From the NCBI GenBank assembly GCA_036679645.1, contig JAZDCY010000056.1, positions 1 through 64,000 on the forward strand: a stretch of 64,000 bases of DNA, written 5' to 3'. Numbering within the stretch: position 1 is the stretch's first letter; each line of letters opens with the position of its first letter. This document shows positions 31,081 through 41,847 of this stretch, piece after piece. The position numbers and the translations under genes were made by a program. The notes below the pieces were generated by a model. It worked only from the letters and a program-made list of their open reading frames with translations. It was not told the DNA's origin and did no database searches. This DNA comes from Gemmatimonadota bacterium. Lineage in GTDB: Bacteria; Gemmatimonadota; Gemmatimonadetes; Gemmatimonadales; GWC2-71-9.

Positions 31081-31100
31081 TGCCATATTGGCACCAAAAG

Positions 31101-31117
31101 CTGGTACGTCGCTTGCT
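31101..31117 (+). promoter_or_regulatory. Sigma54-type -24/-12 promoter upstream of dnaK
   Basis: CTGGTACGTCGCTTGCT against consensus YTGGCACG-N4-TTGCW (one mismatch). Confidence 0.7.
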
Positions 31118-31173
31118 TCTGGACTAGGATCTGGTTGACATAAGAGCCTGAAAACACCTCAAGGGGAGCAAAT

Positions 31174-33090
31174 ATGGCGCAGAAAGTCATCGGCATCGAC
31201 CTCGGCACGACGAACTCCGTGGTTGCCGTCATGGAGGGTGGCGACCCGGTTGTCATCCCCAATTCCGAGGGCGGCCGGACGACGCCATCGGTGGTGGCTT
31301 TCACCAAGGATGGCGAGCGCCTCGTAGGGCAGGTCGCGAAACGACAGGCAGTCACGAATCCGCAGAACACGATCTTCTCGATCAAGCGGTTCATGGGCCG
31401 CCGGATGAACGAGATCACGGTAGAGAAGAAACGCGTGCCGTACGAGGTGCGTTCGGGGAAGAACGATCTGGCGTCGGTCGAGATCGGCGGCAAGCAGTAC
31501 ACGCCGCCCGAGATCTCGGCAATGATCCTCCAGAAAATGCGGCAGACCGCAGAGGACTATCTCGGCCACAAGGCGGAGAAGGCCGTGGTCACGGTGCCCG
31601 CGTACTTCAACGATTCGCAGCGTCAGGCAACCAAAGACGCCGGCAAGATTGCCGGGCTCGAGGTGCTGCGGATCATCAACGAGCCTACGGCCGCGGCACT
31701 CGCCTACGGTCTGGACAAGAAGAAAGAAGAGAAAATTGCCGTCTTCGATCTCGGAGGCGGCACGTATGACATCTCCGTGCTGGAGCTGGCCGAGGGCGTG
31801 TTCGAGGTCAAGGCCACCAACGGCGATACGCATCTCGGTGGCGACGATTTCGACGAGCGCGTCATCCAGTGGCTGATCGACGAGTTCAAGAGGGACCAGG
31901 GGATAGATCTCTCGAAGGACCCGATGCCACTGCAGCGCCTCAAGGAGGGCGCCGAAAAGGCGAAGATGGAGCTGTCGACGGCATCCCAGACGGAGATCAA
32001 CCTGCCGTTCATTACGGCCGACCAGTCCGGCCCCAAACACCTGAACACGACCCTGACCCGGGCCAAATTCGAGCAACTGGTGGACGACCTCATCCAGCGC
32101 ACGATAGAGCCCATGAAGAAGGCGTTGAACGACGCCGGTCTGCAGCCCGATGCCATCGACGAGGTCATCCTGGTGGGTGGGTCGACCCGGATCCCGAAGG
32201 TCCAGCAGGTCGTGAAGGAGTTCTTTGGTAAGGAGCCGCACAAGGGAGTGAATCCCGACGAGGTCGTGGCCATCGGCGCCGCAATTCAGGGCGGTGTGCT
32301 GGCCGGCGAGGTGAAAGACGTGCTTCTGCTCGATGTGACGCCGTTGTCGCTCGGCATCGAGACTTTGGGCGGCGTAACGACCGTCCTGATCCCTCGCAAC
32401 ACCACGATCCCGACGAAAAAGTCCGAGGTTTTCTCGACCGCGGAAGACAACCAGACCACGGTCGAGATCCACGTGCTCCAGGGCGAGCGGGAGATGGCAA
32501 TAGACAACCGGACCATTGGCCGGTTCCAGCTCACGGGCATTCCGCCCGCTGCGCGCGGCATGCCGCAGGTCGAGGTCGCCTTCGATATCGATGCCAACGG
32601 CATCCTGCACGTTTCGGCGCTGGACAAGACGACCGGCAAGGAACAGAAGATCCGCATCGAGGCGTCGAGCGGACTGTCGGACGCCGAGATCGACAAGATG
32701 GTCACGGAGGCCGAGGCGCATGCAACGGAGGACAAGGGCCGACGCGAGGAGATCGAGCGCCGCAATCGTCTCGACTCGCTGATCTTTCAGGTCGAGAAGG
32801 ACTCGAAGGAGTGGGTCGACCGGCTCGATGACACCAACAAGGAGCGCCTCGACGGCGCTGTGGAGGCCGGAAAACAGGCGCTCCGGGCGGGCGGTGCCGA
32901 GGAGATTGAAAAGGCATTGGAAGAACTGTCGCAGGCCTACTCCGCCGCTGGCGCCTCACTCTATGAAGCGTCGCAGGCACAGGCAGCCGAGCAGCCGGAA
33001 GCCGGTGCTGAGGAGGGTGCCACTGACGAGGCCAAGCCCGACGAGGACGTAGTCGAGGCGGACTACGAGGTGGTAGACGAGGAGAAGTAG
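31174..33090 (+). CDS. dnaK: Chaperone DnaK (Hsp70)
   Basis: [31 protein letters not shown]. Confidence 0.99.
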   Translation: MAQKVIGIDLGTTNSVVAVMEGGDPVVIPNSEGGRTTPSVVAFTKDGERLVGQVAKRQAVTNPQNTIFSIKRFMGRRMNEITVEKKRVPYEVRSGKNDLASVEIGGKQYTPPEISAMILQKMRQTAEDYLGHKAEKAVVTVPAYFNDSQRQATKDAGKIAGLEVLRIINEPTAAALAYGLDKKKEEKIAVFDLGGGTYDISVLELAEGVFEVKATNGDTHLGGDDFDERVIQWLIDEFKRDQGIDLSKDPMPLQRLKEGAEKAKMELSTASQTEINLPFITADQSGPKHLNTTLTRAKFEQLVDDLIQRTIEPMKKALNDAGLQPDAIDEVILVGGSTRIPKVQQVVKEFFGKEPHKGVNPDEVVAIGAAIQGGVLAGEVKDVLLLDVTPLSLGIETLGGVTTVLIPRNTTIPTKKSEVFSTAEDNQTTVEIHVLQGEREMAIDNRTIGRFQLTGIPPAARGMPQVEVAFDIDANGILHVSALDKTTGKEQKIRIEASSGLSDAEIDKMVTEAEAHATEDKGRREEIERRNRLDSLIFQVEKDSKEWVDRLDDTNKERLDGAVEAGKQALRAGGAEEIEKALEELSQAYSAAGASLYEASQAQAAEQPEAGAEEGATDEAKPDEDVVEADYEVVDEEK

Positions 33091-33163
33091 CGACGCCGGA
33101 ACCCCGTCGCGCATCTAGGTTATGTTGAAGAACCATAAACGTTCCAATCGAGCGAGTCGTCAT

Positions 33164-34726
33164 ATGGCTAGGAAGAGAGATTGGATGAAATTCGGCGTCC
33201 TGGTCGCGCTCACGTTCGTACTGGCCGCGACCTTTGCGGGCGCGGGCGATCGTCCCGTGCGGACACCGGTCCAGCAAGAAGCCGCCGCGCTGCAGGTGCT
33301 GGCGACCCCGGCGCCGGCCCCCCTCCCAGAGGTCGCCCAACCCGCCGCCGGCCTGAGCGGGTCATTCAAGGCGGTGGCGGATCTCGTACGGCCCGCGGTC
33401 GTGTTCATCCGCGCCGACGTGATCGAGACGGCGCGTCAGCAGGTCCCGCGCGGATTCGAGGATCTGTTCCCGGATTCCCGAGGCGGACAGCGACTGCGGC
33501 GCGGACAGGGAAGCGGCTTCATTATCTCCGCCGACGGCTACATCATCACCAACAACCACGTCGTCGAGAACGCCTCGAAACTCATGGTTCGACTGTACGA
33601 CAAACGTGAGTTCGAAGCGCGGGTCGTCGGCCGTGATCCATCGACCGACGTGGCCGTGATCAAGATCGACGCGTCCGGACTCCCCGCTGTCTCCCTGGGC
33701 AATTCCGATTCGCTCTCGGTCGGCGAGTGGGTTCTTGCCGTCGGCAACCCGCTGGGCGAGCAGTTCTCGTTCACCGTCACCGCGGGAATCGTGAGCGCCA
33801 AGGGTCGCGTCCTGAGGGGCCTGCCGATCCAGTCCGCATACCGGATTCTCGACTTCATACAAACCGACGCGGTGATCAATCCCGGCAATTCCGGCGGGCC
33901 GCTGGTCAACATCCGCGGTCAGGTGATGGGCGTCAACGCAGCCATTGCCAGTGACAACGGTTTCTATCAGGGCTACGGCTTCGCGATTCCCGCAAACCTC
34001 GTCCGCGCGGTATCGAGCCAACTCATCGCCGACGGCCGCGTAACCCGGGCCATCCTGGGAATTCAGATCAACCCGGTAACGCCAGAGGACGCTGAGTACG
34101 TCGGATTGGACGAGATTCGCGGTGTCCGGGTCGACGACTTCTCGGCCGATGGCCCGGCAGAAGCCGCCGGTATCAGGCGTGGCGACATCATCGTGGAACT
34201 GGACGGTGAGCGGGTGGATTACGTCGGTCAACTACAGCAACTCGTTGGCTTCCGTCACCCCGGCGAAACCGTGAGGGTGACCGTCGTACGACGCGGTGGG
34301 GAACATGTTGACATCCCGGTGCGGCTCAGCGAAGCCCCGAGCGAGGAGACGACGGTCGCCAGTACTGTACCGGCCGAAGAACCTGCTCCGGGCAACCACG
34401 AGACCAAGCTGGGCATCGCCGTGCGGCCCCTCGACGAGGAGACCGCGGGTCGGCAAGCAAGGATAGGGGCGCAAAACACCGGACTCGCGGTAATGAGCGT
34501 AGATCTCAACAGTCCCGCGCGCGACCGTCTGTTCCCGGCACAGCGCGGGCAGCTCGGTGACATCATCACGCACGTGAACGGCGCGCGCGTGCACACCATC
34601 GCGGACCTCGATGCCGCGCTCGGTGAGACCGGCGCGGGAGATCTCATCTCGCTCAGGGTCTTCAACCCGGCCGGGAACCAGGGCAGCGGCATCTCACGAG
34701 TTGTCCGACTGCGGATTGGGCGGTAG
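33164..34726 (+). CDS. Do/DegP (HtrA) serine protease with two PDZ domains
   Basis: GSGFII, TNNHVV, DVAVIK, IQTDAVINPGNSGGPL; start could be 33185. Confidence 0.93.
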   Translation: MARKRDWMKFGVLVALTFVLAATFAGAGDRPVRTPVQQEAAALQVLATPAPAPLPEVAQPAAGLSGSFKAVADLVRPAVVFIRADVIETARQQVPRGFEDLFPDSRGGQRLRRGQGSGFIISADGYIITNNHVVENASKLMVRLYDKREFEARVVGRDPSTDVAVIKIDASGLPAVSLGNSDSLSVGEWVLAVGNPLGEQFSFTVTAGIVSAKGRVLRGLPIQSAYRILDFIQTDAVINPGNSGGPLVNIRGQVMGVNAAIASDNGFYQGYGFAIPANLVRAVSSQLIADGRVTRAILGIQINPVTPEDAEYVGLDEIRGVRVDDFSADGPAEAAGIRRGDIIVELDGERVDYVGQLQQLVGFRHPGETVRVTVVRRGGEHVDIPVRLSEAPSEETTVASTVPAEEPAPGNHETKLGIAVRPLDEETAGRQARIGAQNTGLAVMSVDLNSPARDRLFPAQRGQLGDIITHVNGARVHTIADLDAALGETGAGDLISLRVFNPAGNQGSGISRVVRLRIGR

Positions 34727-34767
34727 ATGAGTCGCTAGTGTAGGTGCAGCAGCGTGCAGCGCTTGCC

Positions 34768-34800
34768 AAGCGCCCCCGATGTGTGGGGGCGCTTTTTTCT
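34768..34800 (+). terminator. Intrinsic terminator
   Basis: aagcgccccc-gatgtgt-gggggcgctt followed by a T tract. Confidence 0.85.
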
Positions 34801-34851
34801 TGCGAAGGCACACGTCGTGGCATCCAAGATTCCGCCGGCGCCACCGCGCAG

Positions 34852-35703
34852 TTAGGGCGGGAGCGCCACCAAAGCCGGCGGCGCGCGGGCCGCAGCGCGC
34901 CGGCGGCGAGGACGGACTCGACGGCGCGGTCCTGCATCAGTATCGGCGGCGCTCCGAGTGAGCGGCGAGTCATGGTACATGATGACGGCCGCAACAGTCA
35001 CACCCTCGCGAGCAAGAACCCTGAGGAACGCTTTGACGCATGCGGGATCGAGCTGGCTGCCGGCGACTCTAAGGAGCTCGCGGATGGCGAGGTCCACCGA
35101 GAGTGCCTTCCGGTACGGCCTGGCAACGGTCATCGCGTCGAACGCGTCTGCGACCGCCACGATGCGCGCACAGAGGGGGATGTCGTCGCCACGCAGACCA
35201 TCCGGATACCCTAGTCCATCAATGCGCTCGTGATGACTGCGAGCGATCTCCAAGATCATCGGGCGATCGCCAGAGACGGGCCCCAAGATTCGCTCACCGA
35301 TGACGGTGTGCTGTTGGATCAGCCGAAATTCGTCGTCGGTGAGAGCTGATTCGCGCGTGAGGACCTCGTCGGGCACCCCAATCTTCCCTATGTCGTGCAA
35401 GGCCGCGGCGAGCTGCAGGTCAGACAGATCATTCTCGGCGAAGCCCAGCTCCCGTGCGATCGCCACCGAGTATGCGCTCACGCGACCGGAGTGTCCGCTC
35501 GTATAGCCATCCCGCGCCCGAAGCGCTTGCTGCAACGCACCAACCGCGCCGCGGTCGGAGACACTGGCTCGCACTGACGACTCGTGGGAGGTTGGGTCAA
35601 ATCGACCCAAGTCGAGCGCAACTGTTGCGACAGCGCCACTCCCCGGAATCCGTATGGCGGCGATCGGCAAAGACTTTTGTGTGCAACGACTTGCAGTGAT
35701 CAA
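34852..35703 (-). CDS. Stand-alone HD-GYP phosphodiesterase (start uncertain)
   Basis: YTSGHSGRV, LHDIGK, HHERIDGLGYPDGL, ARIVAVADAFDAMT..RPYR. Confidence 0.88.
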   Translation of the reverse strand: MITASRCTQKSLPIAAIRIPGSGAVATVALDLGRFDPTSHESSVRASVSDRGAVGALQQALRARDGYTSGHSGRVSAYSVAIARELGFAENDLSDLQLAAALHDIGKIGVPDEVLTRESALTDDEFRLIQQHTVIGERILGPVSGDRPMILEIARSHHERIDGLGYPDGLRGDDIPLCARIVAVADAFDAMTVARPYRKALSVDLAIRELLRVAGSQLDPACVKAFLRVLAREGVTVAAVIMYHDSPLTRSAADTDAGPRRRVRPRRRRAAARAPPALVALPP

Positions 35704-35762
35704 AGCAGCCTCAGCGTGTCAAGACGAGATCCATTCTCTCGGTGAATTCCACCATCCTACGG

Positions 35763-35779
35763 GGCAATGGGTGGGCCAA
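35763..35779 (-). promoter_or_regulatory. Sigma54-type promoter facing the HD-GYP gene
   Basis: Minus strand TTGGCCCACCCATTGCC (GG-N10-GC). Confidence 0.55.
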
Positions 35780-35900
35780 CCAGTTGCGTCACCACAACGC
35801 ATTTTATGACAACGACTTATGGTCCTTTCATCCAGCAAATGGACCTGGTACAAAACGTGCGACCTGGTTCAAACCGGACCAACTTTCGCGGGAGCCCATT

Positions 35901-37241
<1,341 letters not shown>

Positions 37242-37356
37242 TCGCGGAGCGCCTGGTACGGATTGATCCAGGCTGGCGCGAATCGACCCAGAGCCCCCGC
37301 ACTTCGGTGCACAGCTAAGAGTTTGTCGTGAAAGACCTTAGTGAAAGCACCAAGAG

Positions 37357-37372
37357 CGGCACAGTCCCTGCA
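37357..37372 (+). promoter_or_regulatory. Sigma54-type promoter for the lipoprotein-TPR operon
   Basis: CGGCACAGTCCCTGCA (GG-N10-GC). Confidence 0.5.
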
Positions 37373-37471
37373 AACCCTCATTGAGGCACACACCTCGGTG
37401 TCGTTCACTCCAGGGACGGACCGAATGGCCGGGGATCCATTCTTAGACGTGACTGTCCTAGGGGGACCACG

Positions 37472-38164
37472 ATGCGAAAACCAAAGTTGCTCACCGCGCT
37501 GGGGCTTGGCATGCTCATGGCCTGCGCCGAAGCCACCGGCCCGCCGGCCGAAGGGGCAGCCTCTGCACCTCCAACAATGCACGCCCTGCGCTGGAGAGGC
37601 GACGTTGCGCCCTCGTTCCGTGCTGAACGGCGCGACGCGGGCGGACGGGTATTGCCCGCGCCACTGAGCCCGTTGAACGCAGTGAGCGGCAACGGTGGCA
37701 CCGGTTACTCCGTGAGTTTCTGGGCCGTGCGGGGTGAGGCTCGGACGTTGCGCATCGATGTCATGGGCGCCTCGGTTCAAGGACAGTTCCTCGAGATAGC
37801 GGTTCCGGCTGCCGCGTTGGCTTACCGCCCGAACGGAACTCCCTTCGTCGCCGGCGACTCCATCTTCATCACCGTACAGGTCGATGCGTCACAACTAGTA
37901 GTCGACTTCGAGCCATCCGGCCTGGTCTTCAACGAAGGTGATCCGGCGGTTTTGTACGTCTGGTACACCGCAGCCGACGAGGATCTCAATGCCGACGGTG
38001 AGGTGAACGAAGCCGACCTGGCGATCCAGGAGGATCTTCTCGGAATCTCGTACCGTGGGCACGTTGGCGGGTCGTGGGAGCAGGTCTCATCCGACCACGC
38101 GATCGCGTCAAAGCGCTTCGCGCTTCCGCTCGCGCATTTCTCCGGTTACGCGGTCTCCTACTAG
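37472..38164 (+). CDS. Hypothetical lipoprotein
   Basis: LMAC lipobox; beta-rich; ends LAHFSGYAVSY. Confidence 0.75.
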   Translation: MRKPKLLTALGLGMLMACAEATGPPAEGAASAPPTMHALRWRGDVAPSFRAERRDAGGRVLPAPLSPLNAVSGNGGTGYSVSFWAVRGEARTLRIDVMGASVQGQFLEIAVPAAALAYRPNGTPFVAGDSIFITVQVDASQLVVDFEPSGLVFNEGDPAVLYVWYTAADEDLNADGEVNEADLAIQEDLLGISYRGHVGGSWEQVSSDHAIASKRFALPLAHFSGYAVSY

Positions 38165-38167
38165 AAA

Positions 38168-39163
38168 ATGAACGTGAAGGAGTCCCTTCAGATGCTGAAC
38201 CAGGCCCAGAAGCTGGTGGAGACTGGGAGGCACGCCGCGGCGGTGGATCTCTTGCAAGATCGTCCGGAGGAAGAGCTCAATGGGTCCCCCACACTCGCTC
38301 TTCTCTACGGGATCGCTCAGGCAAAGGTCGGGCTGCATGCGTTCGGAGCACACTGGGTGCAGATGGCCCTCGAACGGGCGCGAGAGCGTGGAGATCGGGC
38401 AATCGAAGCCCGAGCGCTCAACGTGTCGGGCGCTATCGCACTCGAGCACGGTGATATCGACCAGGCCGCCGAATGTTTCACTGGCGCACTCGCCGAGGCA
38501 GAGCGCGACGGCGATCACGCCACGGTCGGACGGTGCTCCAACAACCTCGGCATAATCGCCAATATGCGCGGTGACTACGGCCGAGCGGTCGGCTCGTTCA
38601 CTCTGGGCCTTGCGGCCTTCCAACAGGCAGGCCTGCAGGCCGGTATTGCTGAGGCCTTGCACAACCTTGCCATCTCCTACCGAGATCAGGGCGATCTCGA
38701 CAACGCGTTGCGTACCGCAAGCCAGGCGGTGGATGAGGCGGGCGAATCCGGCGACGTCGGGCTCGCAGCCCTAACCCACGGCGGTCGCGCCGAAATCCGC
38801 CTGCTGGCCGGGGACGCCAAGGCTGCGCTGCGCGAGGTCGAGCGTGCGGCCGAGACGCACCGGGACCTCGGCAATGCGGTTGCTGAGGCAGAGGACCTGC
38901 GTGTCCTCGCGGGCGCGCTCGCCGAAACCGGCGAGCCGGCTGAAGCCGAGCGTCTACTCAACGAGGCTATCGAACGCTCAGACAGGCACCGGCGCCCGCT
39001 GCTCGGGGCGCAGGCACGCCGTGACCTCGCCCGGCTCATGCATCGTCTCGGCCGCGGTGCGGAGGCGCGCGAGTTGGCCCGGACCGCTCGTGCCAGTTTC
39101 AGCGCGTTGGGAGCCCGGGTTGAAGCCGAAGCGCTCGACAAGATGATCGACGACTTGGACTAG
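38168..39163 (+). CDS. TPR-repeat protein (MalT-like TPRs)
   Basis: ARALNVSG, RCSNNLG, EALHNLA repeats. Confidence 0.82.
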   Translation: MNVKESLQMLNQAQKLVETGRHAAAVDLLQDRPEEELNGSPTLALLYGIAQAKVGLHAFGAHWVQMALERARERGDRAIEARALNVSGAIALEHGDIDQAAECFTGALAEAERDGDHATVGRCSNNLGIIANMRGDYGRAVGSFTLGLAAFQQAGLQAGIAEALHNLAISYRDQGDLDNALRTASQAVDEAGESGDVGLAALTHGGRAEIRLLAGDAKAALREVERAAETHRDLGNAVAEAEDLRVLAGALAETGEPAEAERLLNEAIERSDRHRRPLLGAQARRDLARLMHRLGRGAEARELARTARASFSALGARVEAEALDKMIDDLD

Positions 39164-39250
39164 TCACGCTTACCGACGGGCGAGACAGCCCGTCCGTCCT
39201 ATCTGGTGGCTGGTCCCCGCCTCTCCTGCACCTTATACTGGGGCCCAGCC

Positions 39251-40867
39251 ATGAGCTTGCCCCTCCTCCGTTGCGCTTTCCTCGTTTCGATTGCCGTCGC
39301 CGGGGCGTGCCGGCAGCCCCCTCCCTGTCCCGGGGAGTGCGACACCGCGGTCGTTGCGGTCGGTGCGGATGCCGACGTGCTCTTGCCTGTCCTCAGCCAG
39401 ACTGACGTCGGCCGAGCCGTCGGCCACCAATTGTTCCTCAAGCTCGCCGACATAGGTCCGAACATGAACACGGTCGGGGACGCCGGCTTCGAGGGGAAAC
39501 TCGCCGATTCGTGGAGGTTCGAGGACTCACTGACGCTCGTCTTCAGGTTGCGCGACGATGCGCGCTGGCACGACGGCGTTCCGGTCACCGCACGCGACGT
39601 GGCGTTCTCGTTCCGTCTCTACCTGGACACAATCGTGAACGCGCCGGCACGACCGCTGCTTAGCCGAATCGCGGGTGTCGAGGCTCTCGACGACCACACC
39701 GTCGCGGTGCGGTTCACACAGTGGTACGCGCAGCAGTTCTACGACGCGACCCATCACGTGTACGTCGTCCCGAGACATCTGCTCGATAGCATTCCGCGAG
39801 ATCGACTTAGGTCGCATCCGTTCCTACGGAATCCCGTTGGGAACGGACCGTACCGTCTGACCCACTGGCGCGCGGGCGAGACCATAGAACTGGGAGCGGA
39901 CACGACGTTCTTTCTTGGCCGTCCCGGCATACAGCGGCTTGTGTGGCGCATCACGCCCGACCCAACGACGTCGCTAACGCAGCTCGTGGCTGGCGAGGTG
40001 GACATTATCCCGGCCATCGTTGGGCAAGACAACATCGCGCGCGCGCAGGAGGCCTCGCACGCACGGCTCGTACCGTATCCGTCGCCTGTCTACATGTTCG
40101 TGGGATTCAATCTGCGGGACCCTGATGACCTCGAGCGGGCGCACCCGCTGTGGGGGGATCGCGCGCTGCGGCGTGCGGTGACCCTCGCGACGAATCGCGG
40201 GGCGATCGTTCGCGCGGTGCTCGGGGAGTGGGGGCGCGTTGCGGGCGGCCCGTTGACCCCGGCGATCAGTATCTGGCACGACGATCTCCGACAGCTACCG
40301 TACGACTCCGCCCGCGCGCACACCATCCTCACCGAACGCGGCTGGACGGACACCGATGGCGACGGCATCCGCGACCGCGACGGCGAGCCGCTCACGTTCG
40401 ATCTCCTGTACCCCAGCTCCTCCCGAATCCGGGAGCAAGCCGCGGTCATTCTGCAGGACCAATTCCGACGGCTGGGCATAGACACCCGGCTCGTAGCCCT
40501 CGAGTTCAACACGTTCCTCGAACGGGCCGAGCGGGGGCATTTCGACGCCCTTCTTGGCGGCTGGCTCGCCGACCCGCCTCCAGGAGCGATCCGCGCATTC
40601 TGGGCCAGTGACGCGGTGCCAGGCTTCAACCCTGGGCGGTACATGAACCCCGTCTTCGATTCGCTCCTCGAACGTGCCATGCAGCACGCCGACCCGACGG
40701 AGGCACAGGTCGTGTGGGACAGCGCGTTGGCGGTGATCAACGAAGACGCACCCGCGATATGGTTGTTTACTCCCACCACTGTGGCCGTTGTCGCTCGGAG
40801 ATTCGAGAATGTGACGGTGCGGCCTGACCTATGGGCGGCGACGATCTGGAAGTGGCGGTTGCGCTGA
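39251..40867 (+). CDS. Peptide ABC transporter substrate-binding lipoprotein (family 5)
   Basis: AGAC lipobox, WHDGVPVTARDVAFS, PVGNGPY. Confidence 0.88.
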   Translation: MSLPLLRCAFLVSIAVAGACRQPPPCPGECDTAVVAVGADADVLLPVLSQTDVGRAVGHQLFLKLADIGPNMNTVGDAGFEGKLADSWRFEDSLTLVFRLRDDARWHDGVPVTARDVAFSFRLYLDTIVNAPARPLLSRIAGVEALDDHTVAVRFTQWYAQQFYDATHHVYVVPRHLLDSIPRDRLRSHPFLRNPVGNGPYRLTHWRAGETIELGADTTFFLGRPGIQRLVWRITPDPTTSLTQLVAGEVDIIPAIVGQDNIARAQEASHARLVPYPSPVYMFVGFNLRDPDDLERAHPLWGDRALRRAVTLATNRGAIVRAVLGEWGRVAGGPLTPAISIWHDDLRQLPYDSARAHTILTERGWTDTDGDGIRDRDGEPLTFDLLYPSSSRIREQAAVILQDQFRRLGIDTRLVALEFNTFLERAERGHFDALLGGWLADPPPGAIRAFWASDAVPGFNPGRYMNPVFDSLLERAMQHADPTEAQVVWDSALAVINEDAPAIWLFTPTTVAVVARRFENVTVRPDLWAATIWKWRLR

Positions 40868-40901
40868 CGGACGAGCTACGGAGTGAGGCGCATGGCCTTG
40901 C

Positions 40902-41204
40902 CTACCCCAACACGAACACCCCAAACAGGAAGAGCAACGCCACGATCACGGCCGACGCGATCATCAGCGGAAGCGTGAACACCATGGTGAAGAGCCGGTG
41001 ATCGGATTTCAGGTGCATGTAGAACATTACGACGAGCGTGAACTTCGTGGCTGATAGGATGATCAGCGCAGGTGCCATGATCGCGGCGAAGGCAGGCACG
41101 TAGAAGATGCCGACTTCGACCACGGTGATTACCGTCAGGATGACGGCAATAGCCAGGTAGGTTGCGACGGTCGGGTGATCGTGCTCCTCGGCCGACGGCT
41201 GCAT
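40902..41204 (-). CDS. Cytochrome c oxidase subunit IV
   Basis: KFTLVVMFYMHLK; three TM helices; operon position. Confidence 0.85.
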   Translation of the reverse strand: MQPSAEEHDHPTVATYLAIAVILTVITVVEVGIFYVPAFAAIMAPALIILSATKFTLVVMFYMHLKSDHRLFTMVFTLPLMIASAVIVALLFLFGVFVLG

Positions 41205-41238
41205 GAGCGAGAATTCCTTAGTCGACGCACGCATTAGC

Positions 41239-41847
41239 TCAGCCTCCCGCCGGGAGCGGGGTCGTCTGGATCAGATAGACGACGGTGAAGATCACAATCC
41301 ACACTACATCCACAAAGTGCCAGTACAAACCCGCTATCTCTACGTTAAGCGCCTTCTCGGGCCCGAGCTTTCCCTGGAACGACCGTACTAGCAGCGTCAA
41401 CAACCAGGTCACGCCAACGAAGACGTGGGCACCGTGAAACCCGGTTAGGGTGAAGAAGGTCGAACCGAAGAGGTTGGTGGTAAACCCGAGTCCCTCGTGC
41501 ACGAATTGGGTGAACTCGTACGCCTGAAACCCAAGAAAGACCGCGCCGAGCAGCGCGGTCATGCCGAGCCACAGACGGCTCTGCAGCCTGTCACCGCGCT
41601 GTACCGCCGCGAGCGCCAGCACCATGCAGAGACTCGACATCAACAGGTCGAACGTGCTGACGGACGTGAGCGGGATATTCAGAATCTCATGCGTCGTTGG
41701 TCCGGAGACACTGCGGCCTTCATACACGAGGTAGGTCGCGATCAACGAGCCGAACAGCAGGCACTCCGAACCGATGAACGTCCAGAAGGCGATCTTGCGG
41801 TTGTCGAGCCCGGTACTCGTGTAGTGCGCGGCGGCGGTCGTCATCAT
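41239..41847 (-). CDS. ctaE: Cytochrome c oxidase subunit III
   Basis: FIGSEC, TGFHGAHV, YWHFVDVVW. Confidence 0.93.
   Translation of the reverse strand: MMTTAAAHYTSTGLDNRKIAFWTFIGSECLLFGSLIATYLVYEGRSVSGPTTHEILNIPLTSVSTFDLLMSSLCMVLALAAVQRGDRLQSRLWLGMTALLGAVFLGFQAYEFTQFVHEGLGFTTNLFGSTFFTLTGFHGAHVFVGVTWLLTLLVRSFQGKLGPEKALNVEIAGLYWHFVDVVWIVIFTVVYLIQTTPLPAGG

Noticed and set aside
31159..32721. 520-aa antisense ORF opposite dnaK
   Set aside because: Familiar shadow ORF of high-GC hsp70 genes; no independent motifs
35845..35861. Plus-strand sigma54 promoter CTGGTACAAAACGTGC
   Set aside because: GG-N10-GC spacing fits, but the -12 element is weak and the site is better explained as one of the tandem activator sites; not excluded
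37364..37417. Three-way junction fold as a c-di-GMP riboswitch
   Set aside because: No match to class I or II consensus by eye, and the 5' strand overlaps the predicted promoter; an Rfam/Infernal search would settle it
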